Shown: positions 56,940 through 64,000 of the stretch, piece after piece
How the letters are laid out: each line of letters starts with the position of its first letter
Numbering within the stretch: position 1 is the first letter of the stretch
Assembly: GCA_041941365.1 (NCBI GenBank)
Contig: JBGTQK010000001.1
Span: 54,092-118,091 of the forward strand
Reading direction: 5' to 3'
DNA: 64,000 nucleotides
From: Cellvibrionales bacterium
GTDB lineage: Bacteria; Pseudomonadota; Gammaproteobacteria; Pseudomonadales; UBA7434
The notes under the pieces: generated by a model
Database searches by the model: none
What the model saw: the letters and a program-made list of their open reading frames with translations, nothing else
What the model was told of the DNA's origin: nothing
Translations under genes and position numbers: made by a program

Positions 56940-57947
56940 ATGTATCTTGACTATTTTGGTCTACATGAAAAACCTTTCTCCATAGCGCCAGATCCGCGTT
57001 ATCTATTTCTGACACAGCAACACAAAGAAGCCTTGGCGCACCTGAACTTTGGTGTCGGAGATGAAGGCGGCTTTATTTTATTAACAGGAGAAATTGGTAC
57101 AGGAAAAACCACAATCTGTCGCAGTGTACTCAGTGAGTTACCTAACAACATTGATCTGGCTTATATTATCAATCCTCGCGTTTCCGCAGCTGAAATGCTT
57201 GAAGCGATTTGTGACGAATATGGAATTGCATATCAGCAGCAAAGTTCAGTAAAAACACTGGTTGATAAATTAAATCAGTTTCTTCTGGAGTCTTATGCAA
57301 GAGGTCGTCATTCTATCTTGATCATTGACGAAGCCCAGAATCTTGAGGATGAAGTATTAGAGCAAATACGGTTGTTAACTAATCTGGAGACCAGTGAAAA
57401 AAAACTTCTGCAATTAATTCTGTTAGGGCAACCAGAACTCAATGATAAGCTGGAACAACCATCGATGCGTCAATTGGCCCAACGCGTTACAGCACGATTC
57501 CATTTAGGGCCATTAACCTACCAGGAAATGGTTAATTATATCCAGCATCGTCTGCATGTTGCCGGTTTCCGTGGAAAGCTTTTTTCAAGACCGGCACTTA
57601 AACATATCTATAAAAGAAGCGCAGGCGTACCTCGCTTGATTAATGTTATATGTGATAGAGCAATGTTGGGTGCTTATAGTATGGAGCGCATGGATATTGA
57701 ATATCCTCTTGTAGCTGCAGCATGCAATGAAGTTTTACCTCGTGAGCACAGTTCTGCATCGGTTTCCAGCAATCAACTGCTTTCTTCTTTAAATACGAAG
57801 TGGTTGTGGTTATTATTGTTAGCGTTGCTAATGATTATTTTGTTTATGACCACAGACCTGTTGCAATTTATACCATCAGTTTTTGATAGGCAATCACCTT
57901 CGGGAGGATATGCTGTGTTAGAGACGATTCTAATTAATCTGGTTTAA
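56940..57947 (+). CDS. gspA: ExeA/GspA-type AAA+ ATPase (short form, no periplasmic peptidoglycan-binding domain)
   Basis: 335 aa. YLDYFGLHEKPFSIAPDPRYLF N-terminus, Walker A LTGEIGTGKTT, Walker B LIIDEAQNL, a single TM near the C-terminus with only about 30 residues after it. Confidence 0.8.
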   Translation: MYLDYFGLHEKPFSIAPDPRYLFLTQQHKEALAHLNFGVGDEGGFILLTGEIGTGKTTICRSVLSELPNNIDLAYIINPRVSAAEMLEAICDEYGIAYQQQSSVKTLVDKLNQFLLESYARGRHSILIIDEAQNLEDEVLEQIRLLTNLETSEKKLLQLILLGQPELNDKLEQPSMRQLAQRVTARFHLGPLTYQEMVNYIQHRLHVAGFRGKLFSRPALKHIYKRSAGVPRLINVICDRAMLGAYSMERMDIEYPLVAAACNEVLPREHSSASVSSNQLLSSLNTKWLWLLLLALLMIILFMTTDLLQFIPSVFDRQSPSGGYAVLETILINLV

Positions 57948-57952
57948 TTGAT

Positions 57953-58660
57953 ATGTCGTTTATTCTAGATGCAATAAAAAAATCTGAAGATGAACGTCAG
58001 CGCAAGAAAGCGCCAGACACATTCTCTTATCAAACACCCAATTACTATCAGGAAAAAAATTCAAATAATGTTTTGCGGGTTTTTTTATTGCTGGTCGCAT
58101 TGATTCTACTTGTAGCTATCATGTGGTGGTTAATTCCTAAAATCAATGAAAATTTTAATATCACTTCTTTTCCTTTGACATCATCAAATAAAAATACAGT
58201 AAAAAATTCGTCATCAGTATCAACCCGGCAAAATGTATCTGAAAATCCAGAGGTAACACAACCTGTAAATAACAGTATAACGGAAAACTTAGAGAAAGAG
58301 TTGCCACAAGAAATTCCGATAGAAAATACTCAGAATGTTAGACAGGTAGCAACTCCTGGTGCGAAAATTTATGGTGCGGATGATGAACTTCCTCCAATGC
58401 ATCAGATAAAAGAGCTCTGGGAAATGCCAGCAGATTTTATTTCTACTGTACCAGATATGAATTTTGAACTGCATCAATTCAGTAAAACGCCAGAAAAAAG
58501 AGTAGTGATAATTAATGGCAGGTTTATGAAAGAAGGAAAAATGGTAACCAGTAAAATGAAGTTGCGTGTAATTACGTCTACGGGAGTTATTCTGCATTAC
58601 AGAGGCAAGTTTTTTCATGTTGATGTGTTAGAACAATTGCATGGTGTTACTGATTTATAA
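57953..58660 (+). CDS. gspB: GspB/ExeB-like type II secretion accessory protein
   Basis: 235 aa. MSFILDAIKKSEDERQRKK N-terminus typical of GspB, a single TM, C-terminal domain. Directly follows gspA. Confidence 0.65.
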   Translation: MSFILDAIKKSEDERQRKKAPDTFSYQTPNYYQEKNSNNVLRVFLLLVALILLVAIMWWLIPKINENFNITSFPLTSSNKNTVKNSSSVSTRQNVSENPEVTQPVNNSITENLEKELPQEIPIENTQNVRQVATPGAKIYGADDELPPMHQIKELWEMPADFISTVPDMNFELHQFSKTPEKRVVIINGRFMKEGKMVTSKMKLRVITSTGVILHYRGKFFHVDVLEQLHGVTDL

Positions 58661-58740
58661 AATGCAACTAGCAACAATTTGATTTAGTCATAGATAACAA
58701 TACTTTCTTATTTAATAAGCCTACTTAATTTTAAAACACT

Positions 58741-61647
58741 TTGCATATTGAATACATAAATAATACAGCTCATGATCTTGCAGAATTTGCCGAGCAGAAT
58801 GCACTCATCCTAACGCCAAACAACCGATTAGCTGTTCATTTACAGGAAGTTCTACTCGAGGCACTAACAGAGTGTTGTGGCACTGAAAAGGCTAAAACTT
58901 TAGAGTTGCCTCTCATTGCTGGTTTTCATCGTTTTTTTTCTGAAATTTATTCAAGATTATTACTCCTTGGGTTAACGCCAAATGCACAAATCCTTTCACC
59001 AAATGAAGAAAATTATTTTTGGAAAACTATCATTCATAATGAATTACAGCATGAGGTATTGTCGCAAGCATTATTGATAGAAGAAGCAAGAAAGGCTTCG
59101 CACTTGTCTGATGCCTGGCAGATTGACATTACAGATCATGCATTTACTTTTTCTTCGGTAAAAGATTCACAATCATTTCTTAATTGGAAAAAGCAGTTTG
59201 ATAGACAGATCCAAGAGAGGAATTTTATTACAAGCACTCAAGCGTTAAATGTTTGTCTACACGCTAAAGATAATATATTCAGGAAATTAATCAATCAGTA
59301 TAATAACGCTTCAGGATCTCGTGTCTCTTTATTTGGTTTCTTAACATTATCACCATTAGAAGCAGCATTATATAAAAAAATAAATAATCTGGATCAGAAA
59401 GGCGAAGAGGTTGGTGAGTCACGAGTTTATACTTTCTCGCAGCATCGAGAGAAAAAAAATCAATCAACTTTAGAAAAACCATTAATTCAGATTGCAGCAT
59501 GTCATCATTTTAGAGAGGAAATACAACAAGCTGCACTATGGGCGAAAACAATAAGAGAGAAACAGCCATTTGCAAATATAGGCATAGTGGTCAATGATCT
59601 TGTTAATAATAAACTGCTTGTAGAAGAAACTTTCTTAAATGTATTCGAACCTGATGCATTAAAACTGGGGCAAGAAACCACAGCGAGTAAAATAAATATA
59701 TCTGTCGGTATGCCTTTAAGCAAAACACCGTTAGTTTCTATATATTTACAATTACTTAGCGCTTCATTGAAAAACTTATCATTAGATGAATGGCAGTTAT
59801 TGTTGGCTTCACCTTATTGGATGGAGAATGCAAAGAATTCATTGTTGGGTAATCAGATATTGCAAGCAATGTATGATTCGGCGGAAAAAGATTTTGGTTT
59901 ACTGGATTTGCCAAGATTACTGCATTGGCATAAATCGCTTTTAAAAAATAAAATAAACAATAATGTTAATGATGAGCAAGAAAAAACAGGTGATGACCAA
60001 TGGTATAGCGCTTTAAATATTTTGTTAGATAAAAATAAATTTGATTTTTTCGGGAATCCACAAATAGAGAGAAAACCATCGGAATGGTTTTTTCAATTCC
60101 ATCAATTATTGCTTCATTTAGGATGGCCAGGAACTAAAACGCAATCCAGTGATGAATACCAGCAGGCCCAACAATTTGAAGATGCCAGAAATAGTATTTT
60201 AAAACTCGATAAGCTAATTAAATCAGTTAAGGTAAAAGAAGCCTTTTCTTTGTTTGAACAGCATTTAAAATATACTGTTTATCACAGGCAAACAGTATTC
60301 AGTGATCAGTACAAACCAGTCAATGTGTTAGGGGTTTTAGAGGCAGGAGGACAGAAGTTTGACTATTTGTGGCTGTCAGGTATTTCAGATAGAAGTTGGC
60401 CATCACAGCCACTCCCAAATGCTTTATTGCCTTACTCGTTGCAAGTTGAGATGGAAATGCCAGCCAGCTCAGAACAGAAAGAATTCAGTTATGCTAAAAA
60501 TCAGTTAATGCAGTTTTTACAGGGTGCAGAGCATGCAGTTGTTAGCTACAGCCAGATAACTGATGATACAGAAAGCAACCTTTCGCCATTAGTGTCCTTA
60601 GTTGCAAAGCAGCAAGGATTCGAGCTTGCCGATTATAAGAAAGCAGAATTAATGATTGATAAGGAAGTATTAACGATAGAAATCGAAAGAATAGATGATA
60701 GAAGCGGATTAAGCTATCCAAAAGATAATAATGAAATAACTAGGCTTTCAGGGGGTAGTTATTTCCTGCAAGCTTATAAAGATTCACCCTTTTTTGCCTA
60801 TTTAAAATATCGCTTGGGGATAGAACCACTTCAAAAGCCAGATGAAGGAATAAGCCCGCTCGAAAGAGGGCTTTGTTTACACGGAGTTATGGAAAAAATT
60901 GGTAATACACTCAATGAAAAAGAGGCGATTCTTAAAAAAGAAGATAAGGAACTTGAAAAAATCGTTAGTAACAGTGTTTCTGAGGTATTAAATACAGTTA
61001 TTAAGAAGCGCTTTAGGCCGCACTCAAGATTGCTTCTGGATATTGAAAAAAATACTTTAAATAATATTTGTTATCATTGGTTGTCTTTGGAAAAACAACG
61101 ACCAGACTTTTCAATTGCATCAACTGAAAAGAAATTTTCTATACAATTCAATAATTATAAGGTTAATGGAAGGGTTGATCGCATCGATCAGCTATCTAAT
61201 GGTGCATCTCTTATTATTGATTATAAAAGCGGAGCTGTAAAATCAATCGTTGTCGATGAGCAGCTTGATAATATCCAGCTATCGCTCTATGCGTTAATGT
61301 TATACCAGTCAGATATTTTAAACAAAGATGAAAAAATAGCGATTGCTTATGCCTGTTTAAAGCCGGGTATGTTGGGCTTAAAAGGAACAGCTTTTTTTGA
61401 AGACGAGACAGGCATCAATGGAATGAGCTCTTTCTTTGCCAAGCCTGATACAGATATCTCTACGCAAAAACAATTATTTGATGCATGGACTAGTGCAATC
61501 TCTGAGTTAATTATACAGATAGATAAAGGTTATGCTGCACTTAATCTAACGGCTAAAGAAATCAAACAGGTTGTTACCAGTAACGATCCTTATTTACCTC
61601 TAGCACGGTTTTATGCACTTTCAAAGGAAGAGCTGGATGCAGGCTAA
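58741..61647 (+). CDS. PD-(D/E)XK nuclease family protein, AddB-like partner of the downstream helicase
   Basis: 968 aa, TTG start. No functional Walker A seen. C-terminal nuclease motif GRVDRIDQLSNGASLIIDYKSG. 11-nt overlap with the following UvrD/AddA-type gene. Confidence 0.7.
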   Translation: MHIEYINNTAHDLAEFAEQNALILTPNNRLAVHLQEVLLEALTECCGTEKAKTLELPLIAGFHRFFSEIYSRLLLLGLTPNAQILSPNEENYFWKTIIHNELQHEVLSQALLIEEARKASHLSDAWQIDITDHAFTFSSVKDSQSFLNWKKQFDRQIQERNFITSTQALNVCLHAKDNIFRKLINQYNNASGSRVSLFGFLTLSPLEAALYKKINNLDQKGEEVGESRVYTFSQHREKKNQSTLEKPLIQIAACHHFREEIQQAALWAKTIREKQPFANIGIVVNDLVNNKLLVEETFLNVFEPDALKLGQETTASKINISVGMPLSKTPLVSIYLQLLSASLKNLSLDEWQLLLASPYWMENAKNSLLGNQILQAMYDSAEKDFGLLDLPRLLHWHKSLLKNKINNNVNDEQEKTGDDQWYSALNILLDKNKFDFFGNPQIERKPSEWFFQFHQLLLHLGWPGTKTQSSDEYQQAQQFEDARNSILKLDKLIKSVKVKEAFSLFEQHLKYTVYHRQTVFSDQYKPVNVLGVLEAGGQKFDYLWLSGISDRSWPSQPLPNALLPYSLQVEMEMPASSEQKEFSYAKNQLMQFLQGAEHAVVSYSQITDDTESNLSPLVSLVAKQQGFELADYKKAELMIDKEVLTIEIERIDDRSGLSYPKDNNEITRLSGGSYFLQAYKDSPFFAYLKYRLGIEPLQKPDEGISPLERGLCLHGVMEKIGNTLNEKEAILKKEDKELEKIVSNSVSEVLNTVIKKRFRPHSRLLLDIEKNTLNNICYHWLSLEKQRPDFSIASTEKKFSIQFNNYKVNGRVDRIDQLSNGASLIIDYKSGAVKSIVVDEQLDNIQLSLYALMLYQSDILNKDEKIAIAYACLKPGMLGLKGTAFFEDETGINGMSSFFAKPDTDISTQKQLFDAWTSAISELIIQIDKGYAALNLTAKEIKQVVTSNDPYLPLARFYALSKEELDAG

Positions 61648-64000
61648 AGATCAACAACAACGCGATGAAGCATTAGACGTCAGCTGTTCAATTTGTGTAA
61701 CAGCTCCTGCAGGTTCTGGAAAAACTGAATTGCTGACGCAGCGTTTTTTAAAATTACTGGCAACAGTTGAAAAACCAGAGCAGATACAGGGCATAACTTT
61801 CACTCGAAAAGCTGTTGCCGAAATGAAAGAGCGAATTATTGCAGCTCTTAATTTAGGTTTGCAAGAAAGTGAGCCAGAAGAAAATTATAAGAAGAAAACC
61901 TGGAAATTAGCAAAAAATGCACTTGAGCAAAATGAAAAATATCAATGGAATATAATTGAAAACCCGGTACGTTTAAAAATACAGACATTCGACAGTTTGT
62001 GTCAATCGATCGTTAGATCACACCCAATTACCAGCCAGTTAGGAGGGAGTTTAAAGCCGATTGATAATGCCGAAGAGCTTTATAGGGAGGCAGTTGATTA
62101 TTTTTTTAAGGATTTTACTGATGGCGATGAAAGCTTGCGGTCGCTGGCTTTGCTGCTTGAGTATTTTGATAATAATGTTTTTCAATTAAAACAGTTATTG
62201 ATGAGTATGCTGCCCATTCGTGACCAATGGTTGGGGCATGTGGTTGGTTTTCGAAGTAGCGAAAACGTTTATAAAATTCTTGAGAAATCATTAAATAAAT
62301 GGATTCTGGATATTTTAAAAAATGCTAAGCAGGTGTTATTAACTTATGCCAGCGAAATTTCTACAATTGTCGATTTCGCATCGACTTGCATAATAGATTT
62401 AGGTATTGATAAAAATCCATTGATTCGAAATTTAAATGGTTTGATAGATTTACCTGACATAGAATTAACAGCACAAGAAAAGTGGTTAGGTATTGCTGAA
62501 CTGCTACTCACTAAAGAAGGAGAACCGCGAAAAAGTCTTAATAAAAATTTAGGATTTCCTCCAAAAAGTGATAAACAATATGGTGAGCGCTCAGAAAAAG
62601 AGAAAAAACGTTTACAAGCTATATTGGCTCAATTATCGGAAAGAGAAGAAAATCTTGACGCCATACGAGCGATTAAAAAAATACCGTTAGGAGGATATCA
62701 GGAAGAGCATAAAAAAATATTGGAGCCTTTGGCATTTTGTTTAGTGCGCTTATGTGGTTATTTGCAGCTGGCCTTTAGTCAGTCACAACAATCTGATCAT
62801 GTAGAGATTGCGACAGCTGCCTTGCGTTGTGTGGACTGGGATGATCAGCAAAATAATTCGGCAAGTGAAAGTGCCTGGATGTGGAATAATAAAATTCATC
62901 ACTTGTTAATCGATGAGTTTCAGGACACATCGGTTACTCAATACAAATTGCTTACACTATTAACTGCCGAATGGCAACACTATAATAATGAAAACTTCCA
63001 GCGCCCAAAAACACTGTTTGTCGTTGGCGATGGTATGCAATCTATCTACTCGTTCAGACAGGCAAAAGTAGGGTTATTTTTACAAATACGAGATCAAGGG
63101 CTGAATAATCTTGAATTCAAGTCGGTAACTCTAACACAAAACTTTAGATCGAATAAAAAAATCGTTGATTGGTTGAATAATACTTTTTCAAAAGCTTTTC
63201 CAGAAAACGTGATTCTGGAAAGAGGTGGCGTCCCATACTCTTATTCCGATGCTTTTGCGAGCAAAGATAATGGACATAAAGCGGTTTCTGTTATGGCATT
63301 CGACGAAAATGATTCACTTGCCCCGCAGTCTGAAGCAGAGTACATCGTTCAAAAGATACAGGAATTACAAAACGAAAATAACAAACTTGATATAGCTATA
63401 TTGGTACGTGCACGTTCACACTTGTTATACATTCTACCTGCTTTAAATAGAGCACAAATTTATTGGCAGGGAATAGATATTGAGGAATTGAGAAACGAGC
63501 AAGTCATTAATGATTGTTTGATCGTAGTTCAAGCATTACTTAATCCGATTGATGATATTGCCTGGTATGCATTATTACGCGCGCCGTGGTGCGGCCTTTC
63601 TCTGGTTGATTTACAGAAAATATCTGATTATTTAAAACATAATAATGAACAGCTATCTTCTTTCATAATTGATCTGGGCAATACTATAGATACAGATTCT
63701 AATTCCGGATTTCAGGAATATTTAAACAACTATAGCATTGAATTTTCTAACCTGAACGAAACAGCGAGTGAACGCTTATGTTTCATTGCCTTGATTCTTG
63801 CTAAAGCCTGGAAACAGCGTTCAGAAAAGCCTATATCAATTTGGGTGAGGAGTGTTTGGCAGGCATTAGGTAATCAGTATCTTTCAAAAAATAATGAAGA
63901 TAGTTCAACGGTTATTTTGGTTGAACTTTTTTTTAGGGCGTTACAGGAATTTGAACAGGAATATTTAAGTAAAGGGCAAACCTTTAATTTGTCGTTATTT
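61637..64000 (+). CDS. UvrD/Rep-superfamily helicase, AddA/RecB-like (3' end beyond window)
   Basis: My own translation from ATG 61637 gives MQAKDQQQRDEALDVSCSICVTAPAGSGKTELLTQRF (Walker A). Later motifs: LLIDEFQDTS (motif II), VGDGMQSIYSFRQA (motif III), NFRSN. The frame is open to position 64000, so it is absent from the ORF track. Confidence 0.8.
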   Translation, partial: MQAKDQQQRDEALDVSCSICVTAPAGSGKTELLTQRFLKLLATVEKPEQIQGITFTRKAVAEMKERIIAALNLGLQESEPEENYKKKTWKLAKNALEQNEKYQWNIIENPVRLKIQTFDSLCQSIVRSHPITSQLGGSLKPIDNAEELYREAVDYFFKDFTDGDESLRSLALLLEYFDNNVFQLKQLLMSMLPIRDQWLGHVVGFRSSENVYKILEKSLNKWILDILKNAKQVLLTYASEISTIVDFASTCIIDLGIDKNPLIRNLNGLIDLPDIELTAQEKWLGIAELLLTKEGEPRKSLNKNLGFPPKSDKQYGERSEKEKKRLQAILAQLSEREENLDAIRAIKKIPLGGYQEEHKKILEPLAFCLVRLCGYLQLAFSQSQQSDHVEIATAALRCVDWDDQQNNSASESAWMWNNKIHHLLIDEFQDTSVTQYKLLTLLTAEWQHYNNENFQRPKTLFVVGDGMQSIYSFRQAKVGLFLQIRDQGLNNLEFKSVTLTQNFRSNKKIVDWLNNTFSKAFPENVILERGGVPYSYSDAFASKDNGHKAVSVMAFDENDSLAPQSEAEYIVQKIQELQNENNKLDIAILVRARSHLLYILPALNRAQIYWQGIDIEELRNEQVINDCLIVVQALLNPIDDIAWYALLRAPWCGLSLVDLQKISDYLKHNNEQLSSFIIDLGNTIDTDSNSGFQEYLNNYSIEFSNLNETASERLCFIALILAKAWKQRSEKPISIWVRSVWQALGNQYLSKNNEDSSTVILVELFFRALQEFEQEYLSKGQTFNLSLF

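Noticed and set aside
1-64000. CRISPR arrays, rRNA, prophage, toxin-antitoxin or known defence systems
   Set aside because: I saw no regularly spaced repeats, no cas-like, integrase, capsid/terminase, or small paired TA-like ORFs. The intergenic regions are short or plain AT-rich promoter DNA.

Overview
AT-rich gammaproteobacterial chromosome segment. Gene content suggests a marine, Pseudomonas/Oceanospirillales-like organism, but the taxon cannot be fixed from sequence alone. I can support about 58 protein genes, one tRNA-Ser(GGA), four rho-independent terminators and a few candidate regulatory sites.

Layout:
- 1-19.2 kb is mostly housekeeping: M16C peptidase, glutaminyl cyclase, mnmC, dgkA, hrpA, mlaA, an RssB/RssC-type partner-switch pair, an HD-GYP protein, TerC and NADAR.
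- 19.2-21.5 kb holds an orphan secreted protein with a PEP/IPTL-CTERM-like sorting tail, sitting behind a long AT-rich, structured leader.
- 21.5-33.2 kb is an accessory-looking hydrocarbon/ketone oxidation patch: alkB, a BVMO, a GMC dehydrogenase, an AraC regulator, two SDRs, an FMO and a TetR regulator. It ends at the tRNA-Ser.
- 33.4-44.6 kb is housekeeping again: moaCDE, NUDIX, ZIP, rmuC, bcp, yajC, dcyD-like, ypfJ and kbp.
- 44.7-58.7 kb is a complete Xcp-style type II secretion locus, with gspCD divergent from gspEFGHIJKLM followed by gspA and gspB.
- 58.7-64 kb is an AddB-like/AddA-like nuclease-helicase pair that runs off the right edge.

I saw no CRISPR, rRNA, transposase, integrase, phage genes, or recognisable toxin-antitoxin or defence modules.

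I did not find a convincing, completely new multigene system. The most unusual items are:
- the CTERM-anchored orphan protein and its structured leader;
- an alpha/beta-hydrolase-fold protein that lacks its nucleophile serine;
- the lineage-specific acidic insertions and odd start sites in the T2SS genes, plus an internal terminator after gspG;
- paired palindromic operators at the FMO promoter.

All family calls rest on motif recognition by eye and need HMM or BLAST confirmation.
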